Below are positions 40,589 to 53,533 of a DNA stretch of 64,000 nt, one piece after another (the stretch's first letter is position 1; each line of letters opens with the position of its first letter). Source of the DNA: Octopus vulgaris (taxonomy: Eukaryota); contig OX597817.1 in the NCBI GenBank assembly GCA_951406725.2, forward strand, positions 10,540,001-10,604,000, in the 5' to 3' direction. Below the pieces are notes generated by a model. It had not been told where the DNA came from and ran no database searches. It saw nothing but the letters and a program-made list of their open reading frames with translations. Position numbers and translations under genes: made by a program.

Positions 40589-41130
40589 ATCATCATCATC
40601 ATTATCATCGTTTAACTTCCGCTTTCCATGCTAGCAGGGGTTGGACGATTGACTGAGGGCTGGCGAACCAAATGGCTGCATCAGGCTTCATTCTTGATCT
40701 GGCAGAGTTTCTACAGATGGATGCCCTTCATAATGCCAACCCCTCCGAGAGTGTAGTGGGTGCTTTTACGTGCCACTGGCATGGGGCCAGTCAGGCGGTA
40801 CTGGCAACGACCTCGCTCGAATTTTTTACACATGCCACTGATACAGATGCCAGTAAGGCGATGCTGGTAAGATCACATTCGAATGGTGTTTTTTATGTGT
40901 CACTGGCACAGAGGCCAGATAGCCGCTCTGGCAATGATCACGCTCAGATGGTGCTCTTAGTACCCTACTAGCATGGGGCCCGAGTGCCAGTAAGGCGACG
41001 CTGGTAATGATCACAGTTGAATGGTGCCTTTTAAGTGTCACTGGCATGGAAACCGGTTAGCTGCTTTGTAAATGATCACACTCGTATGATGCTCTTTGCA
41101 CCCTGCTAGCACGAATGGTAGTCATCGAAT
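40589..41130 (-). mobile_element. Older RTE 3' UTR fragment with diverged tandem units
   Basis: (CAT)n end, GGATGCCCTT motif, several GTGCTTTT..GTGCCACTGGCA-like units. Confidence 0.75.
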
Positions 41131-41820
41131 TTGATTTTGATTTTGATTTTGATTTTGATTTGTTTACTGAAATCAGAGAATACCACGGAATTAAAGTTTT
41201 ACTGTTTTTTAAGAAAAAATAATGGATTTATAATGTATTTTATAATTTCCTACAGTTACCCATTATCATTAATGTTTTAGTATAATTCATATTCTCTCAC
41301 ACTTCAGGGCTGCATTCGGAGGTGTCTTCAGCTCTGGTGTTGGGTGCATGTCTTCTTTCTTCTGTTCCCTGGCCTCTTCGATGTAGCGTCAATGAGTGTC
41401 AGCGGGAGACTGACTGTCATAGATGGGGAAGGTATGGCAGGGATAGGTGTTAGGGACATGTTAGATGGATGAAACATGGGGCAGAACAGGTCTGGGGGCA
41501 GGGTCCAGCATGTTCAAGCATAAACCTTATGCTTTTAGGACACCAATTTGCTGTGATAGATTGATCTTCTTGAGTACAGTGAATCAATAATCACCTTAGT
41601 TCTTTGTCCTTCACTCTATAATACTTAGAATCTTGAGGTCAACCTTCACTACTTTGTTTCATATCTTCCTGGATCTCCCTTTCTCAAAAGTTTCACTCAC
41701 TCTGCCAGTTGACCACCTTTATCAGAAAGAGCTTTCAGTTGACTAAATAAATAATTATGTATTTTGTATTTCAAAAACTGTAACAGTTGTAAGTTTGAAT
41801 ATTGTGACCGTAGTCAAAAA

Positions 41821-41988
41821 TAGGAGTGGCTGTGTGGTATGTAGCTTGCTTACCAGCCACATGGTTCCGGGTTGTCTCACTGTGTGACACCTTGGGCAAG
41901 TGTCTTCTACTATAGCCTCAGGCCAACCAAAGCCTTGTGAGTGGATTTGGTAGATGGAAATTGAAAGAAGCCCGTCGTATATATTGTA

Positions 41989-42024
<36 letters not shown>

Positions 42025-42285
42025 TGTATGTATGTATGTATGTATGTATGTATGTATGTGTGTGTATATGTTTGTGTGTCTGTGTTTGTCACCCCAACAT
42101 CGCTTGACAAGCGATGCTGGTATGTTTACGTCCCCGTAACTTAGCAGTTCGGCAAAAGAGACCGGTAGAATAAGTACTAGGCTTACAAAGAATAAGTCCT
42201 GGGGTCGATTTGCTCGACTAAAGGCGGTACTCCAGCATGGCCGCAGTCAAATTACTGAAACAAGTAAAAGATTAAGAGAGAGAGT
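41821..42285 (+). mobile_element. SINE family A with (TATG)n expansion
   Basis: Family match. Confidence 0.88.
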
Positions 42286-42669
42286 AATCCCATATCTATA
42301 TCAGTATATACGTCTTAATCAGATCAGGTGTTTTACAATTCCAGTTTTTAATGAATTAAGAGCTTGGGAGAGGAGAGGGGTGGGGCAAATATTTTTATAG
42401 TAAGATGTACATTCCTGTGATGAACCAGTTTCTTGTAAGGAAGTCTAAGGTAAACGTAGGGGGCACATCAGTATCATCCAATTGCTTTACAAAGATTTGA
42501 AGCTTAATCTCACAGCATTTCGATTATAGTTATTCAAAGGAAACCAACGATTAATATCAAATTAATAAAAGAAAATCTCTTTGTACAAAATTTTTTCTAG
42601 ATAAGAAAAATAGAAGCATCTGATGAAAAACTTTTATTTATTTGTAATGGAGTAACAAAACTGCTTGAT

Positions 42670-43210
42670 GTGGGAAGAGTAGTTTCCCTTTACGGTATTG
42701 CGCGCATAGTTTATTTATCTCCCTTTATTCGATACGGGATTACTTCCCCTAGATTGAGAGTTATTTCCCTTGAATTATAAATTTTTGTTTTTCATAGCAT
42801 TTTAATTGTTGACATTTTTAATGTTTAATCTTTAATATCTCTGCTGATAGCGATGTTCTTTTTCCATAGAGCTGGAAGATAGATTAGAGACCCTTTTAAG
42901 AAAATACAATTAATTTAAAACCTTCGTATACGGATGTCTATTATAGTTACTTGGACATGTTAGACCAAAAAACTACCGAAACCTCACAAAACTGTTCTAA
43001 TATAGTTATTCCTTCTATAGAAATCCAATATTATGTATTACAATTTCATTAATTCTAACGGAAGATACACAAATTCTTTTTTAAATCGAGCGTCCGTCAT
43101 TCAACCAAAGAGAAGAGCTGTTCGTAATAACGTAATTACTTCCCTTTAATCGGCTTTGCGTCAGTTTGTAAAACGGTTGTGTATCGTGAGCTTGCAGCGC
43201 GCGTACGTGT
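42670..43210 (-). promoter_or_regulatory. Candidate promoter / first-exon region at the CpG transition
   Basis: Locally CpG-rich, repeat-free; several (A/G)GGGAA(A/G)TAA-type motifs; minus strand has pyrimidine run CTCTTCTCTTT (~43105-43116) and ATGTCCAA|GTAACT (possible donor, ~42946-42959). Confidence 0.3.
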
Positions 43211-43225
43211 GTGTGTGCGTGTGCT

Positions 43226-43306
<81 letters not shown>

Positions 43307-43749
43307 GTGAATCTATTTGATATTTATGTAGCTAGAAGGACGAACAGATGACGGTACAGAATAAATATTTTGCATTCTGTTACGTTCAAAGTTCAATTTT
43401 AGATAGACTGAGTACCATTTAATAATATATTCTTGTCTTCTTTTTCTTCTTCTTCTTCCAATCAGGACTCACGCCATTAGCCACAAAGAATAATCTCTAA
43501 TTCGAGCCTACTCTAAGTTACTTAGAATGCGTGTGGCAACTTGAAGATCCAACCACTACGCGCGATAGACTGGCGGTTGCACGGGCGCGAAAGCTACGTT
43601 GTTATCCTCATTCCGTAAACGGTGGCTTTTAACGGGTGGAGAGCTGAACCATCCTGGGGTAGAGAGGATTCGCAATCTAGACTAGGGTCTGAAAGTTTAC
43701 CACACCATAGTGGGTTACACCATGGTTCCTCTGCTTTGTAGCAGAAGTA

Positions 43750-43922
43750 GGAAGAAAAAGTGAGAGAAAGTTGTGGTGAAAGAGTACTTTCCCCCGCCGG
43801 AGCCGCGTGGAGCTTAGGTGTTTTTGCTCAATGAGCACTCACAACGCCCGGACCAGGAATCGAAACCGCGTTCTTACGACCGCGAGTCCGCTGCCCTAAC
43901 CACTATGCCATTGCGCCTCCAC
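43750..43922 (-). mobile_element. SINE family C, 5' portion
   Basis: GGAGGCGCAATGGCATAGTGGTTAGGGCAG head; body matches 15830-16005. Confidence 0.75.
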
Positions 43923-44399
43923 GTTGCTGATGTTGCTTTATCGCCGTCGTTGTTGTTGTTTAACCCAAAGAAAAAACTTTGGTGGAACAGACCTAAAATC
44001 AAAACCATTCAAACTGTGGCCATCTTTTCCTTTCTTCGAGCACCAATGTCTGCGTTATCCTATACGTGTTTCTTTTCTAAGAAGATAGGGTACGAATTTC
44101 ATGAAGATTTGAGTTCTTGCTTTTTCTGAAAGCACAAACGACCCTTTGTTGCTTTCAGCGCCATGTGAGCTTTGGTGGAGCAGACATAAAACCAGGTATT
44201 TCAGCCGTGATCAGATAGTCTTTTTCTCCTCTGTAGTGCACTTTAGATCAAATTACCCAACGTGTCTTTCGTTTCTAAACCAGTAGGGCGTGACTAAGAT
44301 ACATTTGGCTACTATTTCTAGCAGGTCGAATGACCACGTAGAAGCATTCTTGTGGCTTCATAATGTACTGAATCACTTCAATCATCTCTAGAAATATGT

Positions 44400-44990
44400 G
44401 GCGTTATGATGATATTATTAAATGATAATGAAATTATTGTGTATAGTGCTCAGGTGCCCTACAACTTATGAAAGGAGCATAGAATTATGTACTAACGTCA
44501 AGAAACTGAACCTAAGGAGGGATATCAAGTGTAGTGTTGGTGAATTTCAGGAAGTATGGAGGTTTTGAAGGATGCAATGTCTCGGTAGCTAACAACTGAT
44601 GCAGGTATTTTGTTCCATGCTTCAGCAACCCTGAGAGTGAAAAAATGTTTCCGAATGTCATGTGAGCTGTGCTATTTTCTGACTTTGTAGGCATGCCCAC
44701 ATGTGTTAGACACATGGAGTTCAAAAAGGTCCTCAAAGTAGTTGTTGGTACGATTGCAGGAAAGATCTATAGTTTTCTGGATCTGTCCTTTTTATCTTAA
44801 GGTACAGCTTGATGTCATCTGCATATTTCAGCACTGTGGCATTGTTTAAGTTGGCATCTATGTCATTAATGTATGCAACAAACAAAAGGGGACCAAGAAC
44901 AGATCCATGCGGTACACCAGATGACATCACATAGGGTGAAGAATGCTGTCCTAGAACCGTGACTACTTCTTTTCGGCTGAGAATGAAGGA
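44400..44990 (-). mobile_element. CR1/L2-clade LINE relic (RT core joined to 3' end by a deletion)
   Basis: SGVPHGSVLGPLLFVAYIND...KYADDIKLY (44733-44930). Confidence 0.85.
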
Positions 44991-45384
44991 TTAGAAATGA
45001 ATATTTTTGAAGTTCATTATAAAGTTAAGTACCAATCAAGTACTGGTATCTGACAGCTAATAACCAAGACGGTGAATAGGTAGAATCGATAGAGCGTTAA
45101 GGAGAATTCCATGCAGTATTTATTCCGATCCTATACGCTCTGAGTTCAAATCTACCTGAGGTCAACTTTGCCTTTCATCCTTTCGGGGTCTATATAATAA
45201 AAAAAAAAGTACTAATCCAGGACGGTGGATTGATGGATTATTATTTGTTCAGACACTTCAAAACCCGCCATGATCGATTAGTGTAGTAGAGTTAATCCGT
45301 AACCCAGTTCAACACCACCACGAGAGACTTTGGAAGCCTTTAGAGGAAATTACTCTATTGCAAGTTTGATAATAATTACCTCCC

Positions 45385-45525
45385 TCCTCCATACCTACCT
45401 ACCTCCATACCTACCTACCTACTTACCTACATACCTACTTACCTACCTACCTACCTACCTACATACCTACCTACCTACCTACCTACCTACTTACCTACCT
45501 ACCTACCTACCTACCTACCTACCTA
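45385..45525. repeat. (CCTA)n microsatellite
   Basis: Direct observation. Confidence 0.95.
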
Positions 45526-46489
45526 GCCATCTATCTCCCACCAATCTCAAAGGCTCTGTAAAGGATCATGGGCAATGTCTTTCTTTCTGGCAAAAAGAAA
45601 ATACAGCAGAATGCTCGACAAAAGGCTTCTAAATTCTATATTGCTATAGAAGGAATTCCATCCGAGGACATCTTGGTCCTTCAGCTTTATAGGGCCAATA
45701 TAAGAACAGGTTGTGAGGTGGATTTAATTAACTCTACCCTTTTTCTTACATGTAGATTTACGTCTCTGTTAGCAATCCGCCCTCCACTGCCAAAAAGACA
45801 AAATTGCACATTCATCATGACTAATGTGTGTGACTTCTCTCTTGACGAATATGACCTTACTTTGTATGAAAGTCGTATAAAGTGCACGCAACCTGTATAC
45901 GTGCACCTGACCTGCCTGGAAACAAAGTCATTCGCTCAATGACATCAACTCATTTGATATGAATGTGCTGGCTATCTGTGAAACTAAGACTGCTAGTGTG
46001 CAAACAGTTTTGCCCATCTTTCGCGACTACTAGCTGTATGTATTTTTTGGTTATCCAGATCGGGCTGGATAACGGGCGACACAAGGGGGTTTTCTAGAAA
46101 AAATAATACATAAAATATGCTAACTCGATGAATGAATCTGTCTCATGTAGCACCAGAGTTTAACAGATGAAGGTGATGCAGCTTTAAAAGCTTTTCTACT
46201 ATTATCGAAACGAATTTTCATAAGGTCATTTAAGTGGGAATATATGTAGTAATTTGAATGATAATGTAATTTACAGGTGTAATTTTTTTAATTTTGCTAG
46301 CTGTTTATATCACTGCTATTGCTATATCATTCATAGATGCAAAGGAATTACTATTTACGAATAATATTAGTATAAAAAAGACTTTACCAAGGTGTCTTGT
46401 ATGGTCTCATACGGGAACAGTTCCATGGAAAGATGATACCATGAACTATCTTTTCTACTCTAGGCACAAGGCATGATATTTTTGTGGAG

Positions 46490-47239
46490 GAGCCAATCGA
46501 TTACATCGACCCCAGTGCGTAACTGGTACTTAATTTATCGACCCCAAAAGGATGAAAGGCAAAGTCGACCTCAGCGGAATATGAATCCAGAACGTAAAGA
46601 CAGACGAAATACCTATTTCTTTACTACCCACAAGGAGCTAAACATAGAGGGGACAAACAAGGACAGACAAAAGGATTAAGTCGATTACATCGACTCCAAT
46701 GCGTACCTGGTACTTAATTTATCGACCCCGAAAGGATGAAAGGCAAAGTCGACCTCAGCGGAGTTTGAATTCAGAACGTAACGGCAGGCGAAATACCGCT
46801 AAGCATTTCGCCCGGCGTGCTAACATTTCTTATTTCTTTATTGCCCACAGGGGGCTAAACATAGAGGGGACAAACAAGGACAGGCAAAAGGATTAAGTCG
46901 ATTACATCGACCCCAGTGCGTACCTGGTACTTAATTTATCGACCCCGAAAGGATGAAAGGCAAAGTCGACCTCAGCGGAATTTGAATTCAGAATGTAAAG
47001 ACAGACGAAATACCTATTTCTTTACTACCCACAAGGGGCTAAACACAGAGAGGACAAACAAGGAAAGACAAACGGATTAAGTCGATTAAGTCGATTACCC
47101 AGTGGTACTTATTTAATCGACCCCGAAAGGATGAAAGGCAAAGTCGACCTCGGCGGAATTTGAACTCAGAACGTAGCGGCAGGCGAAATACCGCTAAGCA
47201 TTTCGCCCGGCGTGCTAACGTTTCTGCCAGCTCGCCGCT
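46490..47239 (-). mobile_element. SINE family B tandem multimer (one full copy plus three truncated units)
   Basis: GAAAGGATGAAAGGCAAAGTCGACCTC-like core at ~46546, 46730, 46947 and 47125; unit junctions at ~46612, ~46827 and ~47012. Confidence 0.88.
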
Positions 47240-49208
47240 TCTCCTGGTGGACGAGAGCATAGTGTCGGAAAAGGAGGTCATAAGCCACCTGAAGAGTTTT
47301 GGGTTAACTGCCAAACCGCCGAAGGCGATAGAAGGAGAAGCTGCACTGGTGTTCAAGCTACGGAGAGACGAGGTTGAGGCGTTGGTCTTTCGGAGAGGGA
47401 ATGAGATCTCAGAACTGGTCTCCAAAACGAGTAGGTGAGAACTGTTTTCTGTGTGGAGGAAGCTGCTGGGACACTACCCGATTGCAGGATGGCTCTAGAC
47501 GGCATGCAGCTTCATAAAGAGGCGAGCTGAAGGAGTAAGGTGGAGTGATAACGTGGGTGAGAAGACAACCGCCATGATGCAAGAAGTCTTGGAGAGTGTG
47601 ACTGCGGAGGAACCAGTAAGAGGGAACTGGTATGTGCCCAAATTGAAGAATGGGATCGTGTAGTGTGATGTTAGCAGCATAGCAACGGGAGTTGTCCTGG
47701 AAAGTGGAGGTGTCGTGGTGTAGGATGCGGCCTGGCTTAAGAAGAAGGACGACTGCAACCACATCAATGTGACGGAGCTGGATGCCGTGTCGAAGGGGAT
47801 GAATCTGGCTCTGAGGTGGGGGCTGTGTACCATCGAGGTCCAGACCGATTTGGCCACTGTACTTAAATGGGTGGGATTAGTGGTCACTGGCGAACCAAAG
47901 GGGGCGCAGAGATGCTGATAAAACGCCGTTTGAGAATTCTGGGCGAGCTACTTGCCGAGTTTGACCTGAAGCTGAGTGTGGTTTTTGTACCCTCTGAGAG
48001 GAATAGAGCGGACGTCCTGACCAGAGTAAAGATAGCCTAGTTGCAGGTGCCAGCGGACCTGGAGCAAGGAGTGGCTGCACTGTGTCGACTGAGTGACTCG
48101 GATCTGAGCAGATTGCATACCATGGACAGGACGCTGTTCCTAGCCAAGAAAGTTGACTCTGACCTAACCACGCGGAAATCACAAGAATACTGAATGAGAT
48201 ATTCCTAGAACGAGGCCCTGTGGATGAGCTGTTTGTGGACAATGGCACTGCGTTTCACTCGGAGGTGCTGGAGGAAATGATTGACAAATGGCATGTCAGC
48301 TGTTTCTTCAGAGCAGCATACCGGCCAGGTCGCAATGGGATTGTGGAGAGGCATCATCGTGCCATCAAGACCATAGCAGAGAAGGGCCACATCTCACCGG
48401 TCGAGACCGTTTTTTGATATAATATGTCGTCCGGGACGGGACAGACTGAGGAGTCAAAGCCATACAGGGCAATATTCAAGTACGAGTGGATACATCCATG
48501 TACCGCATCGCCGCATCTCGCAGAAGAGAAAGGGCGTGCCTTTGTGCAGGTCGGGAAAGAAGTCTAGGTTAAACTCCCAAATGCGCGGTGAGGAAAGGAG
48601 ACAATAACCTCTGTGAATTCGAGGAACAATGTGTCCGTAGATGGCATGCCACGACATGTTTTGGATGTGCGCATGAGGATGGGGCTAACAGTAATGGACA
48701 AGAGGACGAAGCCAGACGCAACATGCCAGGAACTGAGCCAGTCCCACGACAGTCACAGAGGGATCAGTGCCCTCCTCACTGGTCGGCTGATTACGAGACA
48801 AGTTAAGGCGTGCGATCAAGGTTGAGGAGCGGGTGTGGGCAGGTTGGGGGGTGTGGTGTTACAAGCCAGGCTGTGTTGTAGGGAAGGATCGAAAGTGAGA
48901 GAGTAGGTATGTCCTGTCGGAAGTGGGGCCTGTGGGTCCTACCGAAAGGGCCGAGGTGGGCATGTGGGGTCAATGAAGCGCGAAGACGCAGTTGGCGGCG
49001 AACAGCGCATCAGAGCAGACGTGCGTCAGACTGTACGGCGACGGATATCGCACGTGGACGTTGAGTGAATCTTGCAGATCGAGACAGAGCACGTGGTCGT
49101 TGAAAGTGACCCTTTTTCTGGACCGACAGATAAGACTATCGCAATTCTCTCTTCGCTTCCGTCTTTTTTCTTCCTTTACATCACATAGGACATATTTGTT
49201 TATCAACC
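47240..49208 (+). mobile_element. LTR retrotransposon relic (RT end, RNase H, DDE integrase, purine tract, 3' LTR ~48834-49208)
   Basis: RNase H CDVSSIATGVVLE..DAAWL..HINVTELDAV..QTD; integrase ELFVDNGTAFHSE...AYRPGRNGIVERHHRAIK; RT-RH-IN order (Gypsy/BEL-like); stops and frameshifts. Confidence 0.85.
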
Positions 49209-49572
49209 GAGTCCATCGTCAGGATTGCCTCTGTGTTCCTTTGCCTGGGAACATGGATCTGTCTGGTGGCTATGGTGATAGAAATTGTAAGGTGAGCTTT
49301 CTCATGAGTGTACATTGTCTTCGTATTGTTGTTTGCTTTCATCTCTTTTATTTTGTGTGCTTCCATCTCTGTTATAAGGTTTCTATGCAAACTGCACACA
49401 TTTACTACAACAAGATGAACAGTTAAGTGATATGATCGACAGCGTGCTAAACAAAATGTTCTCCGATTTTTATTAACAGTCTTCAAACTTCCAAATCTCA
49501 AATCTCGCTTGGTTTTGCTTTGCTCTTCCAGCTTTTGGAGTTGTGAACATAAAGTATTAGTCAAGCAATGGT

Positions 49573-49796
49573 TTACTCTTTACTCTCTCTCTTTTACTAG
49601 TTTCAGTCAGTTGACTGCGGCCATGCTGGAGCACCGCTTTTAATCGAGCAACTCGACCCCGGGACTTATTCTTTTGTAAGCCCAGTACTTATTCTATCGG
49701 TCTCTTTTGCCGAACCGCTAAGTTACGGGGACATAAACAAACCAGCATCGGTTGTCAAGCAATGCTAGGGGGACAAACACAGACACACAAACACAT

Positions 49797-49827
<31 letters not shown>

Positions 49828-49962
49828 CGACAGGCTTCTTTCAGTTTCCGTCTACCAAATCCACTCACAAGGCTTTGGTCGGCCCGAGGCTATAGCAGAA
49901 GACACTTGCTCAAGATGCCACGCAGCGGAACTGAACCCGGAACCATGTGGTTGGTAAGCAAC
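49573..49962 (-). mobile_element. SINE family A (5'-truncated)
   Basis: Family match. Confidence 0.88.
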
Positions 49963-50621
49963 TATTCCGCAACTTCAGACCTTGTGTTAATACTAAAAGT
50001 TATTATTATTATTATTATTATTATTAATTTCAACACCGAGTACATTTGCAGGGAAAATGTATGTTAATGGCAACATGATAATTGTTGTTTACTGTTAACC
50101 AGTCTCTGGGGAATAAAATATATAGGGTACGCCCCGAGTTTTTTCAATGATCCTTCTAAATTAGCTACCAAGTAAAAAAAAAATATCCAATGAAAATTTT
50201 AACAATGAACAGAATAATATAGTTTGCCGAATAGAATGTTGTTCCACAGAGAGCGTAGTTTTTGTCAGCGTACTATAAAATACTCTAGAATCAGTAGAGC
50301 GTAGGAGTTAATGCTTTGCAATTTTTTTGTTACGCCCCTTTACATTCTAAGTCCAGAACCCGTCGAGATCAACTTGGCTTTCATCCTTTCGGTGTGTCAA
50401 TTTAATTCGTCCCTACAATTCCATATCTTTGTGTCGTTATTGTTACTGACACGGAGCGAGGAATAAGCTCGCGGTACGTTGGATAGTGTTATATTTTTGA
50501 TTGACAACATTTCACTTAACTATTTTTGTATGTGAGGAGAAAAAGTACTCGTAGTATTTCCAGTTACTCCTGAACTGGGGAGATCGATCGACTGGTATTG
50601 AGCTCGAATTATTGCACAATA

Positions 50622-51004
50622 TCTTTATATATAAAAGTGAAGTTGTGTGTCTGTCTCCTACGATTTAGATTCCTAACTACTTCCACATTTTGCGGTGCAG
50701 TTTAACCAAAACCGGGTATCTTATAGTCGTGATTCATATCGAGCCCTTCTGGGTATTAGAGTCTACGATTTAAAAAAAAATTTACCATCATTTTTTTCCA
50801 TTTTAATGCATTTTTTCGCTATTTATATAAGGGAAGTAACTCTCTAAAAATGATTACGATGAGTCAACGATTTTTAAAAAAAATTACCATCATTTTTTTT
50901 CCGTTTTTAATGCATTTTTTTGCTATTTTTGGCTATAACTCTCTAAAAATGCTTATATAGTTATTTCCCTTACAAACCCGAGCAACGCCGGGCGATACTG
51001 CTAG
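50622..51004 (+). mobile_element. Non-autonomous Helitron, copy 2
   Basis: A|TC...CCCGAGCAACGCCGGG..CTAG|T, with an internal ~100-bp tandem duplication. Confidence 0.88.
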
Positions 51005-51292
51005 TTAACTGATAAAGGAGATCTATGATCAAAAATATTCCAGTCCTACCCATTTCATCATTTCTTTTTGTTAATCATGGTATATCAAGGAATACATTAT
51101 CTAATGTGTCCTTTCTTTTTTTATAACAGTGAGAGAGGGTGATTTGGATGCTATTTCTAGCACGTAAAGATAATTCTTAAAGGTTCCCTAACTAGTTTGC
51201 TTCTGGATTTATTGAAAGAAAAATGTGAGCAAGATGAGTGCTATCGGTAGTTGAAGGTTAGAATGGGGAAAAGTTAGGATAAGTATTTAGAC

Positions 51293-51493
51293 CAGTGCTT
51301 TTCAACCTTTTTGCTGGAGCGGAACCCCAAGGAAACATTTCACTGGCTCGAGGAACCCCTGTGCAATAATTTAATTGTCTTATGCACACATATCTGCACA
51401 GGAGAATTAAAAATTACAGTCGATTTTAGCATTTTTGTAACTTCTTGCGGAACCCCTGGACTGTACTGGCGGAACCCTGGTTGAAAACCACTG
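51293..51493. mobile_element. hAT (Charlie-like) MITE
   Basis: TIRs CAGTGCTTTTCAACC / GGTTGAAAACCACTG; perfect 8-bp TSD ATTTAGAC (51285-51292, 51494-51501). Confidence 0.92.
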
Positions 51494-52135
51494 ATTTAGA
51501 CAATAGATAGGAAGAAATGCATGGTAAATGGATGGGGGTTGGATAAAGGAATTATACCGGTTGTAAAGAGAGAAGAGACAGGTGGAGAATATAGTGCATC
51601 GGTGTGTTAGTGAATGAAAGTATGTCAATCAGTCGAATGGACCACGCCTTTAGTTTTTCTGTAAATATATATATATATTTGCAGTTTTATCGTTTGTCTA
51701 TGCCAGAAAAAAGGCTTTTTCGTTCGTCCTCTTGTGTTTGTTTTTGTACATGTATTTTAATTTTGCAGTCTTATTGTTACGTCTTGTTTGTGTTCGTACT
51801 CATTTTGCCCCGCTGCTTGGAATTTTATTTTAATTCTCTCGCAGGAAGGCCTATTGGATTAGTGTTCTGTTATGCCTTCGAAACATGCCTGACTCCTCTA
51901 GCGACAGCTGATGACGGGGGTTTTGTCCTTGTGTAGCTCGTCCTGTATTTGTTTTTCGTTTTCTTGTTTTTCGTTTTCCGTTTTCTTGTTTTTTGTTTTT
52001 TGGTTTTTTCCGTTTCTACGTCTTATTGTGATGTCCTGTACTCCCGTATAATTATTTATATATGCATGTATATATACATGTAGATGTAGGTACGTACATA
52101 TATGTTTGTATGTATGCATATATTTTTATTTATCT

Positions 52136-52192
<57 letters not shown>

Positions 52193-52375
52193 CTGCAGTG
52201 TTTCTGAGTATTTGTAGGAACTACTCTATTATATGAACAATATGCTAGTGTGGGGAACAGATGCTTTGTGTAACGTCAGCGGCGGAAGTAATATGTGGCC
52301 CCGGAGAGAAGGCGTAGACATTGAAATACATGTTATATTATAGCAACATATAGCCACTACAAGAGAATTTCGCAC

Positions 52376-52425
<50 letters not shown>

Positions 52426-53533
52426 GGGGGTAGTGCTACCAATATGAAGATTTAGTTGTGAATTATTCATGACTATCGAGGATATTTCGTTGTAAAGACA
52501 TCTCCTTCATCTGTGTGGCGACTTTGTTCTGTCACTATTAAAGAAGACTAGATTATGCATTTCATTGAAGTGGGTTCTCAATGTCTTAGTTCATGAATGT
52601 TGTGTATTGAACACACTGCTTATACCTTTGTAAAAAAAAAAAAAAAAACATGAATGGCACAACATTAAATTTCCTTTTTACTAAAAACAAAATGTTTTGT
52701 GACTAATCAAAAGAACATACGATCGTTGTCATATTGACGAAGACGCGGTATTTGGATTCTCTTCTAACACAATAAGATAACAGCTTCAGTTGATTCACTT
52801 CAAACCTCCCTTTCAATTGCAACTGGAACGTATAAGATAAAAGAATAAGTTTTATTTTCGTCCTGCTGGAATCTGAAGACCTTGTGAGAAGTGTCGAATA
52901 TTTCAATCCACCTTCTTAAAAGTGTTCTATTTCTCTTATATGCGTGACACAAAACCATACATTAAATATTTGTGTAGTATATTTGATATTTCATTATTGG
53001 ATGTATCCACCATTTTTTTGTTTTTACTTCATGAAAAGAGGAAGTCAGGATAATGATATTTGAGCTTTTCTCAAGACCATAAGTTTTGTATGTAACGTAA
53101 GTTTTATATTATGACCATAAATTTTCTTTAAGAATATGAAACTATATCATACTGAGTTCTCACTGAGCCATAGTCACAACCACCAATAACTTTGGTCACA
53201 TTTGACTAAACAAGAAATCTATAATACTTGGAAATATAAAAGTAAAATTTTTTCTACGTCCATGCTTTTCCCTTCAAGAACGTAAGGAACATACGAAAAG
53301 TGAACTTTCTTGAAGCGAACAATTGTGACCCATACAATCATGACCAAGCGGCAGGTTCGATCTCTTTGGTGTGCTCGCTACTTTTACAATTTGATATTGA
53401 TTTATTGTGGCTAGACACGGAGCTATTTCAATGGAGGAAGTAAGGAAACCAAATATATTGACGTCAGTATATTTCCTCGCTGTTATTTTGCAAAGATTCT
53501 AGTGTCACGTGATACGTCATTCCCAATACCAGT

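Noticed and set aside
42862-42890. Partial resemblance to miR-750 (ATCTATCTTCCAGCTC on the minus strand)
   Set aside because: The seed does not match, and no precursor hairpin is visible.
43960-44360. Conserved-looking ATTTGGCT.CTATTTCTAG motif (also ~9772, ~51143)
   Set aside because: Best explained as the core of an old dispersed repeat; boundaries and class cannot be supported from this window.
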